In this document: positions 43,006 to 54,003 of the stretch, piece after piece
Numbering within the stretch: the first letter of the stretch is position 1
How the letters are laid out: every line of letters starts with the position of its first letter
Position numbers and translations under genes: made by a program
The notes under the pieces: generated by a model
Seen by the model: the letters and a program-made list of their open reading frames with translations, nothing else
The model's database searches: none
Told to the model about the DNA's origin: nothing
Origin: Chloropicon primus
Lineage: Eukaryota
Reading direction: 5' to 3'
Assembly: GCA_023205875.1 (NCBI GenBank)
Contig: CP060761.1
Coordinates: 806,001 to 860,321, forward strand
Length of the DNA stretch: 54,321 bases

Positions 43006-45405
43006 ATGTCACGGGGCAGACATCGCAGGAAGCAACCCTGCAAGTTCATGACTTCTGAGGACGTCAACGTGCTTCTAAGTGTCGAGCAGGGCGAGAATGG
43101 AGAGAAGAAGGGTGGCGAAGCAAGCGCGGCCGAGGCCTCCTGGAGGTTCGTCTACCGTCCCGAAATCGATGGGTTGAGGTTCTGGGCCGTCATGCCGGTC
43201 CTCTTCTACCACTACGGCGCGGTGTTCGGCTTCACGGGAGGCTACGCCGGGGTTGACGTGTTCTTTGTCATCTCCGGGTACCTCATCACCTCCATCGTGC
43301 TGAGGGAGCTGTGCATGGGGAAGTCCGTCCTGCGCCACTTCTGGGAGCGCCGGGTGCGGAGACTCTTTCCCGCCATCGCTACCATGTTCGTGTGCCTGTA
43401 CATTCACGGCTGGTTCATGCTGTCCCCCAACGTGTACAACAACTTTGTTGGGGAGTCGATCTTCGGTCTCATCGCGGGCTCAAACTTTTATTACTACGTG
43501 ACGACCAAGGACCTGGGAGGTTACATGGCCGCGGGGCCCGAGGCCTACCCTTTGCTCCATTTCTGGTCCCTGGCAGTGGAGGAGCAGTTCTACATGGTCT
43601 TGCCGGTCGTGCTGACATGCGTGTGGAGGTTCTGCAAGACTGACCGCAAGCGTTGGATGTGGACTCTGGGGCTTTTGGGGTTTGTGCTCCTCGCCTCCTT
43701 TGCCTTCTCCGTAGGCTACACACCGATCAACAACCCCTTTTGCTTCTACTTGCTCTTTGCGCGGGCCTGGGAGCTGGCCATCGGCAGCTTTGTGGGCATC
43801 GCGACGTCGGACGTGGGAATGGCTACCATGAGCAGAGTTCTGGGTCTCCACCTGGGCAAACGTGTCTCCCCTCTTGCCAAGCGCTTGATGCTGGAGGCGA
43901 CGGGCTGGCTTGGCTTTGGGTTGATCCTCTTTGTGTACTTTTACTTCACCAGGGAAATGGAGTACACATATCCTTACTACTACGCCTTGGGGCCTTGCGT
44001 TGGTGCGTTAATGGTGATTGTTGGGAACACCCCAGTCTTCAAGCCCTCCAAGGACCTCAGCGGTGACAGTGGTGACGGGGAACAGAGGATCATGACCACG
44101 TGCGGGTTGTTCTTGTCCTTTGCCCCTTTTGTTTGGATTGGGAAGATCTCTTACGCCCTCTATCTTTGGCACTGGCCACTCTGGTGCTTTCAGGGGGGAG
44201 TCCGCTTGAGTCAAAATAACGTGGTCTCTGCACTGGTGCTGACCATGGTAGCCATCGGACTTTCTGATGTAAGTACTCAGTTGATTGAGCAGCCCTTTCG
44301 TTCCGCGAAACGGGTCGGTAGGAAGCCCTTGTGGATTCTCTCTGGCATCGTGTGGACTGCTTTGCTCAGTTTCAGCATTGCAGTGCATGTGCTAGAGGTC
44401 GGGGGATCCAACAAGACGATTGCGGTGCCCCAAGTGGAGGACGGGATGGACAGCAGCAGCACTGTTTTTGTGCCCACTGGAAGTGAACCCCAATCCTTCT
44501 TTTTGGAAGATGCGAATCCCGAGCTCTTCTCCGTGGAAGGAATAGAGAAAAGCTCTACCTTGAGTAGGAGGTACAGGGAGGAGCTGAAGATGCTTATGGG
44601 TGACGAACTCCCTGATGGAGAATGCAAAGTTATCAGCGACAAGAGCCCTGCCTTTGATGAGTGCCCTGGTGCAGAGGACATGATCGTGTACAACGAGGCG
44701 GGGGACCCTCCTTGTCTGGCATTTTTGGGAAACTCTCACCTGGGACATCATATACTCACCATTGCTTCTTTGGCCAAGGAATATGACGTCTCTTACCTAT
44801 GGCTTAAGAGACCCGGGCGAGGGGACCTTTTTGGTGGTTGTGGTTCGACACCTGATCCGCCATCGCCTTGGGATGAGCAGAGAATCAGGATCCTGAAGCA
44901 ATGGAAGCCCAAAAGGGTGATTTTCGCAACCCATCGTCCCTATTGTTTACTGGCAAACAATAGCACCTTGGATGGCTTGATGAGTGGCGCCCCCGAGAAG
45001 GTCTTGATCATGGGAGACAATCCACTTCTTGATTATGGATCTTTTCCTTTCAAAATCAGACAAAAGTTGCAGAAAGAGCTTTTGAATGCCATCAAGGTTG
45101 GGGATGTATCAAGCCTTGACTTTCTCTCTACCATAAAGCCCAAGAAATTTGATGATTTTCTTCGTACTGAGGACGGACTGAGGAAAGCAATAGAAAGCAA
45201 CCCAAAGTACAATGGCACAATCCAGTTTGAAAGCACATACCCTGCATTCATGGACCAGAACAACGCCTTTGTGCAGGTTGTTGGTGCGGAAACGGAAGGT
45301 GGCAACCGCATGACATACGCCGACTTATCACACTTGAGCGCTGACGGATCGGAACGTTTAAGGGAGTACTTCAGAGAGCACATCTTCGGGGACCTCGATT
45401 GCTGA
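43006..45405 (+). CDS. AT3+SGNH O-acyltransferase, copy 4
   Basis: As copy 1; intact ORF with an LSAVS>LSDVS change. Confidence 0.92.
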   Translation: MSRGRHRRKQPCKFMTSEDVNVLLSVEQGENGEKKGGEASAAEASWRFVYRPEIDGLRFWAVMPVLFYHYGAVFGFTGGYAGVDVFFVISGYLITSIVLRELCMGKSVLRHFWERRVRRLFPAIATMFVCLYIHGWFMLSPNVYNNFVGESIFGLIAGSNFYYYVTTKDLGGYMAAGPEAYPLLHFWSLAVEEQFYMVLPVVLTCVWRFCKTDRKRWMWTLGLLGFVLLASFAFSVGYTPINNPFCFYLLFARAWELAIGSFVGIATSDVGMATMSRVLGLHLGKRVSPLAKRLMLEATGWLGFGLILFVYFYFTREMEYTYPYYYALGPCVGALMVIVGNTPVFKPSKDLSGDSGDGEQRIMTTCGLFLSFAPFVWIGKISYALYLWHWPLWCFQGGVRLSQNNVVSALVLTMVAIGLSDVSTQLIEQPFRSAKRVGRKPLWILSGIVWTALLSFSIAVHVLEVGGSNKTIAVPQVEDGMDSSSTVFVPTGSEPQSFFLEDANPELFSVEGIEKSSTLSRRYREELKMLMGDELPDGECKVISDKSPAFDECPGAEDMIVYNEAGDPPCLAFLGNSHLGHHILTIASLAKEYDVSYLWLKRPGRGDLFGGCGSTPDPPSPWDEQRIRILKQWKPKRVIFATHRPYCLLANNSTLDGLMSGAPEKVLIMGDNPLLDYGSFPFKIRQKLQKELLNAIKVGDVSSLDFLSTIKPKKFDDFLRTEDGLRKAIESNPKYNGTIQFESTYPAFMDQNNAFVQVVGAETEGGNRMTYADLSHLSADGSERLREYFREHIFGDLDC

Positions 45406-45769
45406 GAGAAAGGCTATTGGAATGGGACACGAATGACTCTCATCGTTGCGCATGGATTAAAATCAGTTATTGTAAACCAAGGACCTTTGAAGCTCCTTCC
45501 CCTCGATCTTTCTTCTCCTGGTATGATCGGCCCCGACTGCCCCTCGAAATGTTTTCAGAGTCCGCTTCGCTTCGTCTTTGTGGGGCGGCCCGTGGGGCGG
45601 CCGGTGGGGCGGCCGGTGGGGCGGCCGGTGGGGGGGGGGCGGCCTAATTCTGGAGCGGTTACAGTTTGGAAGGAGCGCGGGGCGACGAGGGCGAGAGACA
45701 ACGCCGCTGCAAGTCGACAAGGAGAAGGAGAACCGAGCGAGCGGGACCGAGACGAGGGGAAGGAGTGAC

Positions 45770-48168
45770 ATGTCACGGGGCAGACATCGCAGGAAGCAAC
45801 CCTGCAAGTTCATGACTTCTGAGGACGTCAACGTGCTTCTAAGTGTCGAGCAGGGCGAGAATGGAGAGAAGAAGGGTGGCGAAGCAAGCGCGGCCGAGGC
45901 CTCCTGGAGGTTCGTCTACCGTCCCGAAATCGATGGGTTGAGGTTCTGGGCCGTCATGCCGGTCCTCTTCTACCACTACGGCGCGGTGTTCGGCTTCACG
46001 GGAGGCTACGCCGGGGTTGACGTGTTCTTTGTCATCTCCGGGTACCTCATCACCTCCATCGTGCTGAGGGAGCTGTGCATGGGGAAGTCCGTCCTGCGCC
46101 ACTTCTGGGAGCGCCGGGTGCGGAGACTCTTTCCCGCCATCGCTACCATGTTCGTGTGCCTGTACATCTACGGCTGGTTCATGCTGTCCCCCAACGTGTA
46201 CAACAACTTTGTTGGGGAGTCGATCTTCGGTCTCATCGCGGGCTCAAACTTTTATTACTACGTGACGACCAAGGACCTGGGAGGTTACATGGCCGCGGGG
46301 CCCGAGGCCTACCCTTTGCTCCATTTCTGGTCCCTGGCAGTGGAGGAGCAGTTCTACATGGTCTTGCCGGTCGTGCTGACATGCGTGTGGAGGTTCTGCA
46401 AGACTGACCGCAAGCGTTGGATGTGGACTCTGGGGCTTTTGGGGTTTGTGCTCCTCGCCTCCTTTGCCTTCTCCGTAGGCTACACACCGATCAACAACCC
46501 CTTTTGCTTCTACTTGCTCTTTGCGCGGGCCTGGGAGCTGGCCATCGGCAGCTTTGTGGGCATCGCGACGTCGGACGTGGGAATGGCTACCATGAGCAGA
46601 GTTCTGGGTCTCCACCTGGGCAAACGTGTCTCCCCTCTTGCCAAGCGCTTGATGCTGGAGGCGACGGGCTGGCTTGGCTTTGGGTTGATCCTCTTTGTGT
46701 ACTTTTACTTCACCAGGGAAATGGAGTACACATATCCTTACTACTACGCCTTGGGGCCTTGCGTTGGTGCGTTAATGGTGATTGTTGGGAACACCCCAGT
46801 CTTCAAGCCCTCCAAGGACCTCAGCGGTGACAGTGGTGACGGGGAACAGAGGATCATGACCACGTGCGGGTTGTTCTTGTCCTTTGCCCCTTTTGTTTGG
46901 ATTGGGAAGATCTCTTACGCCCTCTATCTTTGGCACTGGCCACTCTGGTGCTTTCAGGGGGAGTCCGCTTGAGTCAAAATAACGTGGTCTCTGCACTGGT
47001 GCTGACCATGGTAGCCATCGGACTTTCTGATGTAAGTACTCAGTTGATTGAGCAGCCCTTTCGTTCCGCGAAACGGGTCGGTAGGAAGCCCTTGTGGATT
47101 CTCTCTGGCATCGTGTGGACTGCTTTGCTCAGTTTCAGCATTGCAGTGCATGTGCTAGAGGTCGGGGGATCCAACAAGACGATTGCGGTGCCCCAAGTGG
47201 AGGACGGGATGGACAGCAGCAGCACTGTTTTTGTGCCCACTGGAAGTGAACCCCAATCCTTCTTTTTGGAAGATGCGAATCCCGAGCTCTTCTCCGTGGA
47301 AGGAATAGAGAAAAGCTCTACCTTGAGTAGGAGGTACAGGGAGGAGCTGAAGATGCTTATGGGTGACGAACTCCCTGATGGAGAATGCAAAGTTATCAGC
47401 GACAAGAGCCCTGCCTTTGATGAGTGCCCTGGTGCAGAGGACATGATCGTGTACAACGAGGCGGGGGACCCTCCTTGTCTGGCATTTTTGGGAAACTCTC
47501 ACCTGGGACATCATATACTCACCATTGCTTCTTTGGCCAAGGAATATGACGTCTCTTACCTATGGCTTAAGAGACCCGGGCGAGGGGACCTTTTTGGTGG
47601 TTGTGGTTCGACACCTGATCCGCCATCGCCTTGGGATGAGCAGAGAATCAGGATCCTGAAGCAATGGAAGCCCAAAAGGGTGATTTTCGCAACCCATCGT
47701 CCCTATTGTTTACTGGCAAACAATAGCACCTTGGATGGCTTGATGAGTGGCGCCCCCGAGAAGGTCTTGATCATGGGAGACAATCCACTTCTTGATTATG
47801 GATCTTTTCCTTTCAAAATCAGACAAAAGTTGCAGAAAGAGCTTTTGAATGCCATCAAGGTTGGGGATGTATCAAGCCTTGACTTTCTCTCTACCATAAA
47901 GCCCAAGAAATTTGATGATTTTCTTCGTACTGAGGACGGACTGAGGAAAGCAATAGAAAGCAACCCAAAGTACAATGGCACAATCCAGTTTGAAAGCACA
48001 TACCCTGCATTCATGGACCAGAACAACGCCTTTGTGCAGGTTGTTGGTGCGGAAACGGAAGGTGGCAACCGCATGACATACGCCGACTTATCACACTTGA
48101 GCGCTGACGGATCGGAACGTTTAAGGGAGTACTTCAGAGAGCACATCTTCGGGGACCTCGATTGCTGA
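45770..48168 (+). pseudogene. AT3+SGNH O-acyltransferase, copy 5, -1 frameshift (real or assembly error)
   Basis: G5 at 46957-46961 where the other copies have G6, which splits the gene into ORFs 45578-46972 and 46864-48168. Otherwise almost identical to copy 4. Confidence 0.65.
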
Positions 48169-48746
48169 GAGAAAGGCTATTGGAATGGGACACGATGACT
48201 CTCATCGTTGCGCATGGATTAAAATCAGTTATTGTAAACCAAGGACCTTTGAAGCTCCTTCCCCTCGATCTTTCTTCTCCTGGTACGATCGCAAGCAAGC
48301 TTTGGACCGAGAGGAAGACCCTTCCTGGAAGGGCACGGCAGGAGGGAGCAAGGGCGGCGAAGTCAGTGATCGTGCTCTGTAGTGCTTAAAGGAGGTGGAT
48401 CCCAATGCAACGAAGCCACTCACCTTGGCCAGCCCCCCGTATTGCCCCTCGACATGTTTTCCGAGTCCGCTTCGCTTGGTCTTTGTGGGGCGGCCGGTGT
48501 CCCCCCCTGGGGTCCCGCCCCTGGTTCACTCCTCCCCAGGGTAGGCTCTGGTCTCCACCCGCCTCAACCTAAAATCTTAATTCTGGAGCGGTTACAGTTT
48601 GGAAGGAGCGCGGGGCGACGAGGGCGAGAGACAACGCCGCTGCAAGTCGACAAGGACAAGGACAAGGAGAACCGAGCGAGCGGGACCGAGACGAGGGGAA
48701 GGACTGCAGGCGGGACAGACATCGCACAAAGCAACCCTGCAAGTTC

Positions 48747-51131
48747 ATGGCTTCTGCGGAAGTCAACATGCTTCTAAGCGACGAGCAGGGCGAGAATGGA
48801 GAGAAGAAGGGTGGCGAAGCAAGCGCGGCCGAGGCCTCCTGGAGGTTCGTCTACCGTCCCGAAATCGATGGGTTGAGGTTCTGGGCCGTCATGCCGGTCC
48901 TCTTCTACCACTACGGCGCGGTGTTCGGCTTCACGGGAGGCTACGCCGGGGTTGACGTGTTCTTTGTCATCTCCGGGTACCTCATCACCTCCATCGTGCT
49001 GAGGGAGCTGTGCATGGGGAAGTCCGTCCTGCGCCACTTCTGGGAGCGCCGGGTGCGGAGACTCTTTCCCGCCATCGCTACCATGTTCGTGTGCCTGTAC
49101 ATCTACGGCTGGTTCATGCTGTCCCCCAACGTGTACAACAACTTTGTTGGGGAGTCGATCTTCGGTCTCATCGCGGGCTCAAACTTTTATTACTACGTGA
49201 CGACCAAGGACCTGGGAGGTTACATGGCCGCGGGGCCCGAGGCCTACCCTTTGCTCCATTTCTGGTCCCTGGCAGTGGAGGAGCAGTTCTACATGGTCTT
49301 GCCGGTCGTGCTGACATGCGTGTGGAGGTTCTGCAAGACTGACCGCAAGCGTTGGATGTGGACTCTGGGGCTTTTGGGGTTTGTGCTCCTCGCCTCCTTT
49401 GCCTTCTCCGTAGGCTACACACCGATCAACAACCCCTTTTGCTTCTACTTGCTCTTTGCGCGGGCCTGGGAGCTGGCCATCGGCAGCTTTGTGGGCATCG
49501 CGACGTCGGACGTGGGAATGGCTACCATGAGCAGAGTTCTGGGTCCCCACCTGGGCAAACGTGTCTCCCCTCTTGCCAAGCGCTTGATGCTGGAGGCGAC
49601 GGGCTGGCTTGGCTTTGGGTTGATCCTCTTTGTGTACTTTTACTTCACCAGGGAAATGGAGTACACATATCCTTACTACTACGCCTTGGGGCCTTGCGTT
49701 GGTGCGTTAATGGTGATTGTTGGGAACACCCCAGTCTTCAAGCCCTCCAAGGACCTCAGCGGTGACAGTGGTGACGGGGAACAGAGGATCATGACCACGT
49801 GCGGGTTGTTCTTGTCCTTTGCCCCTTTTGTTTGGATTGGGAAGATCTCTTACGCCCTCTATCTTTGGCACTGGCCACTCTGGTGCTTTCAGGGGGGAGT
49901 CCGCTTGAGTCAAAATAACGTGGTCTCTGCACTGGTGCTGACCATGGTAGCCATCGGACTTTCTGCTGTAAGTACTCAGTTGATTGAGCAGCCCTTTCGT
50001 TCCGCGAAACGGGTCGGTAGGAAGCCCTTGTGGATTCTCTCTGGCATCGTGTGGACTGCTTTGCTCAGTTTCAGCATTGCAGTGCATGTGCTAGAGGTCG
50101 GGGGATCCAACAAGACGATTGCGGCGCCCCAAGTGGAGGACGGGATGGACAGCAGCAGCACTGTTTTTGTGCCCACTGGAAGTGAACCCCAATCCTTCTT
50201 TTTGGAAGATGCGAATCCCGAGCTCTTCTCCGTGGAAGGAATAGAGAAAAGCTCTACCTTGAGTAGGAAGTACAGGGAGGAGCTGACGATGCTTATGAGT
50301 GACTTCTCTTGGATTACAAATGGAAAGGGGGGACTTTGTCACCCAGGTCCCAACTCCCCAAAGAGCCTTGGTGAATGTGCTGAAGCTGAGGAGGAAAGCA
50401 TCGTGTACAACGAGGCGGGGGACCCTCCTTGTCTGGCATTTTTGGGAAACTCTCACATGGGGCATCATATACGCACTATCGCTTCCTTGGCGAAAGAATA
50501 TGACGTCTCTTTCCTATGGCTTGCGAGACACTCTTGGGGGGACCTTTTTGGTGGTTGTGGTTCGACACCTGATCCGCCATCGCCTTGGGATGAGCAGAGA
50601 ATCAGAATCCTGAAGCAATGGAAGCCCAAAAGGGTGATTTTCGCAACCCATCGTCCCCGATGCTTACTGGAAAACAATAGCACCCTGGATGGCTTGATGA
50701 GTGGCGCCCCCGAGAAGGTCTTGATCATGGGAGACAATCCACACCTTGATTCTGGATCTTTTCCTTTCGAAAGCAGGCACGGTTTTAATGCGTTGCAGAA
50801 AGAGCTTTTGAATGCCATCAAGGTTGGGGATGTATCAAGCCTTGACTTTCTATCCACCATAAAGCCCGAGCGCTTTGATTTTTTTCTTCGTACTGAGGAC
50901 CGACTGAGGAAAGCAATAGAAAGCAACCCAAAGTACAATGGCACAATCCAGTTTGAAAGCACATACCCTGCATTCATGGACCAGAACAACACCTTTGTGC
51001 AGGTTGTTGGTGCGGAAACGGAAGGTGGCAACCGTATGTTATACGTTGACGGAGGACACGTGAACCGTGACGGATCGGAACGTTTAAGGGAGTACTTCAG
51101 AGAGCACATCTTCGGGGACCTCGATTGCTGA
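48747..51131 (+). CDS. AT3+SGNH O-acyltransferase, copy 6 (most divergent)
   Basis: Same AT3 domain. Distinct SDFSWITNGKGGLCHPGPNSPKSLGEC segment, WLARHSWG and YVDGGH, plus a distinct upstream region. Confidence 0.92.
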   Translation: MASAEVNMLLSDEQGENGEKKGGEASAAEASWRFVYRPEIDGLRFWAVMPVLFYHYGAVFGFTGGYAGVDVFFVISGYLITSIVLRELCMGKSVLRHFWERRVRRLFPAIATMFVCLYIYGWFMLSPNVYNNFVGESIFGLIAGSNFYYYVTTKDLGGYMAAGPEAYPLLHFWSLAVEEQFYMVLPVVLTCVWRFCKTDRKRWMWTLGLLGFVLLASFAFSVGYTPINNPFCFYLLFARAWELAIGSFVGIATSDVGMATMSRVLGPHLGKRVSPLAKRLMLEATGWLGFGLILFVYFYFTREMEYTYPYYYALGPCVGALMVIVGNTPVFKPSKDLSGDSGDGEQRIMTTCGLFLSFAPFVWIGKISYALYLWHWPLWCFQGGVRLSQNNVVSALVLTMVAIGLSAVSTQLIEQPFRSAKRVGRKPLWILSGIVWTALLSFSIAVHVLEVGGSNKTIAAPQVEDGMDSSSTVFVPTGSEPQSFFLEDANPELFSVEGIEKSSTLSRKYREELTMLMSDFSWITNGKGGLCHPGPNSPKSLGECAEAEEESIVYNEAGDPPCLAFLGNSHMGHHIRTIASLAKEYDVSFLWLARHSWGDLFGGCGSTPDPPSPWDEQRIRILKQWKPKRVIFATHRPRCLLENNSTLDGLMSGAPEKVLIMGDNPHLDSGSFPFESRHGFNALQKELLNAIKVGDVSSLDFLSTIKPERFDFFLRTEDRLRKAIESNPKYNGTIQFESTYPAFMDQNNTFVQVVGAETEGGNRMLYVDGGHVNRDGSERLREYFREHIFGDLDC

Positions 51132-51517
51132 GAGAAAGGCTATTGGAATGGGACACGAATGACTTCCATCGTTGCGCATGGATTAAAACCAGTTATTGTA
51201 AACGAAGGACCTTTGAAGCTCCTTCCCCTCGATCTTTCTTCTCCTGGTACGATCGGCCCCGACTGCCCCTCGAAATGTTTTCAGAGTCCGCTTCGCTTCG
51301 TCTTTGTGGGGCGGGCTGTGGGGCGCCCCGTGGGGCGGCCGGTGGGGCGGCCGGTGGGGGGGGGGCGGCCTAATTCTGGAGCGGTTACAGTTTGGAAGGA
51401 GCCTTGGCCCGCGACGGGGGGCGAGGGAGACACGACTCGGAAACGAACTCCCCGCTTCTCTGGGCGAGAGCTTTGAGGGATTGGGGTCGTTGCGTCGCGC
51501 GGGACCGAACGAGACGG

Positions 51518-52990
51518 ATGAGGTACGCGGCTGCGTTGAAGAGAACTTGGCCGTGTTCCCTGGCGCGCGTCGCCCTGGCCACGGTCATCGTTGTCCTGTT
51601 TTTCTATTTGTTCTCCGTGCCATTCTGGCATGGTAATGGGGAACTGAGCCGGTTGTCGTCCAGTCACGTGGCCTGGGCCTTAGAATCGGTGCACGGAAAG
51701 GTCAGGGCATATCGCGGAGCACGCAACGGCACAGGCAAAAGAGAGGCACCCATGAACAACGCCAAGCAGGGCGAGAATCCCGTGCGATTCTACCTGTACC
51801 CGTTTGACGCGTTTCCTACATCCTGGGGGAACCACTCTGGCAACGGATGTGACCACAAGAGGGTGGGCGACGTCAAGCACGACCACGCTGATTGGGTGTG
51901 GAACGCCCTCTATTTCCATCCTTGGCGGACGCATGAGCCGAAGCTGGCCGAGCTGGCTGTGCTGCCAATATCGTTTGACTTGATGGCTAATGGTCGCTGC
52001 GTTCGGAGGTTCGGGCCAGAAACGACGGCGCTGATAGTTGCCGAGATCTCTGCGGCATTGAATCGCAGTGGCATCTTTCCGAAGGTTCGCCATCTTGTTA
52101 TTGCCAATGACTTTAAGTCGAAACCATTCATGAAAGCAATAGATCCTGTCCTTGCACCCGCAGGTGTGTGGGCCGGGATGGAAGGTCGCGGCGAGTGCCG
52201 AACCAGTCTTGGTTATTCGACAGTCAACTCTGTGTACCTGTCTATGCGAGACCCCAACCACTTTAAGGGACTTCCCGGGATGTCCATATTCTCGAGGCCA
52301 CCCGCGCAACGCAGGTACTCCATAACCTTCGTGGGGCAGCTGGACTCCCGCAAGGCATACCAGGACCGTGTGGCACTGTTTCAGTCTAACGGCAGCATCC
52401 CTGCAGCACATATGACGACGGTGATTATGAATCCCTTGGAAAGGAAGAAGGACCTCCATTTGAGGTATTGCACCTCCACTGAGGATGTGGACCGGTGCGT
52501 TCTTCGCAAAAAAACGTCGCGTGTTGAGACGCAGCGCTTGATGGAACAGTCCAACTACACGCTATGTTTGCGTGGCGATACGCTCGGTTCAGACCGATGG
52601 GTCAACGGGATGGCCGCGGGGACCGCACTGATCGCGGTGGTCGACGAAGACAAGGACCTCGACTGGCTTCCTTTTCCTGATGCCGTGCCATGGCGTTCGC
52701 TAGTCATCACTATCCAGAGAAGCACTTTCAGGCGCGACCCCGCAGCCGCACTGCGGCAAGTCATGAAAGACACGTCAACAGAGAGGCTTGCTGAATTACA
52801 ACAGTTATCTAGGCACTATCTTGCTGATTTGGACTGGAGCTCCTACAAATCGAGGGCGGTCGACAACTTGCTCCGGGAGGCCATCTCTGTGCCTTGTCAC
52901 CCAGCGGATTTGAGGGGGGGCGCATTCGCTCCCGCTCCCCCGGCACCAGAGTCAACCGGGGACGAGATCAACAGCAGCACAAGTGGTTGA
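51518..52990 (+). CDS. Exostosin/GT47-like glycosyltransferase, type II membrane protein
   Basis: N-terminal anchor VALATVIVVLFFYLF; VRFYLY; WRTHEPKLAELAVLP; ITFVG; MEQSNYTLCLRGDTLGSDRWVNGMAAG...LPFPDAVPW, matching the exostosin pattern S.FCL.P.GD...R..DA..AGC.P...LPF. Confidence 0.78.
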   Translation: MRYAAALKRTWPCSLARVALATVIVVLFFYLFSVPFWHGNGELSRLSSSHVAWALESVHGKVRAYRGARNGTGKREAPMNNAKQGENPVRFYLYPFDAFPTSWGNHSGNGCDHKRVGDVKHDHADWVWNALYFHPWRTHEPKLAELAVLPISFDLMANGRCVRRFGPETTALIVAEISAALNRSGIFPKVRHLVIANDFKSKPFMKAIDPVLAPAGVWAGMEGRGECRTSLGYSTVNSVYLSMRDPNHFKGLPGMSIFSRPPAQRRYSITFVGQLDSRKAYQDRVALFQSNGSIPAAHMTTVIMNPLERKKDLHLRYCTSTEDVDRCVLRKKTSRVETQRLMEQSNYTLCLRGDTLGSDRWVNGMAAGTALIAVVDEDKDLDWLPFPDAVPWRSLVITIQRSTFRRDPAAALRQVMKDTSTERLAELQQLSRHYLADLDWSSYKSRAVDNLLREAISVPCHPADLRGGAFAPAPPAPESTGDEINSSTSG

Positions 52991-53057
52991 CAAAACAGGG
53001 CAGGCAAGGGCGAGCGATCTCTTATAATCTCCTCGTCACCGGTCGGCCAATCCAAGC

Positions 53058-53114
53058 CAGTGTGAATTTGTCATTCCCACCTCAGTGTTAATTTGTCATT
53101 CCCACCTCAGTGTT
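53058..53114. repeat. 25-bp direct tandem repeat (~2.3 copies)
   Basis: AATTTGTCATTCCCACCTCAGTGTT at 53065 and 53090. Confidence 0.9.
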
Positions 53115-53771
53115 TTATTTTTCGTTCAGAATTTACTCCTTGTTCGTGGGACTTCCACTCCAACTTCCAAAGGCAGTCCCGAGAACCTCACCTCCCTCCC
53201 TTTCCAAACAATCTCAAGCTCTCCCTCCTTCCCTTCACCAATCATCTTCCTCCTTGAAGCTTCATGGGATGAGGGCTTCCCTCCTCTCGCTCTCACATTG
53301 CACAACGGAGGCCGTCTGCCGTTACGTGAGTTGGAGGGGCTTCGTTGTTCGCCATGGCGAAGATGGGAAAGAAGGAGAAGAACAGCGTCGTGTCCTTCTC
53401 GGAATCGACGGTAAGGCGGAGGGAATGCGGCAGGCACTTTTGTGTGCCTCTCTGAGTGCAATGCACATGAGCTTTCAGTACCCTGTCCATGCTCATCAGG
53501 ACCTAGCTTTGCATGGCATTAGGTAAGAGGATTCACTGTGGTTTGTTTTACTTATCGTGAAGGTTTATTTGGAAGGGATGGTAGGTTGGTATCATCTCTC
53601 TCATCATACTTTGGTGCCGTGATGACGGCAAGGCGCGCGCCTTGTCTTTTCTGGGAGATTGGGGTCCCTCATCTTGGGACGGGCCGCCTAGGGCCGCCTT
53701 AACCTTTACGGTGGATTTCTTCCCCCTGCCTTCCCTCGGGGGGGGTCCTTGCCCCCCCCTTGCCGCCCTGG

Positions 53772-54003
53772 AGTAAGAGGGACGTCTTCCTCGAGCTCGG
53801 CGGGTTTTACAAGAACCTGTCGTGCCCTGGCGAGCCCGGAATCGGATTTGACTTTGAGTACTCGGTGAGGCTGTGGTACAACAACTTTCAGGTGGCGCTC
53901 ATGTACTCTGACTTCATGCGGTCTCACGGGGCCAAGGCAGGCACGAGGGCCAACTCGAAGATCTGGAACAAGAGAAGAAGGACGGAGATCAGGAACAAGC
54001 TTA
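53772..54003 (+). pseudogene. Glycosyltransferase family 2-like gene fragment abutting the telomere
   Basis: KRDVFLELGGFYKNLSCPGEPGIGFDFEYSVRLWYNNFQV resembles the GT-A pattern R..F...GGF.......D.E...RL. Strong GC3 codon bias, no upstream ATG, and no stop before the telomere. Confidence 0.6.

Larger units (their letters stand above)
34411..51402 (+). repeat. Tandem gene array: 6 units of ~2.8-3.0 kb plus a 7th upstream segment
   Basis: Each unit starts GAATGGGACACGA(A)TGACT...; start codons at 34681, 37469, 40242, 43006, 45770 and 48747. Exact identity ends after GGTTACAGTTTGGAAGGAGC at ~51402. Confidence 0.97.

Noticed and set aside
34411..51402. Array as a transposon or endogenous virus
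   Set aside because: No transposase, integrase, RT, capsid, TIR or LTR was seen. Head-to-tail units fit unequal recombination.
53058..53114. CRISPR-like 25-bp repeats
   Set aside because: The copies are directly adjacent with no spacers, there are no cas genes, and the context is eukaryotic.
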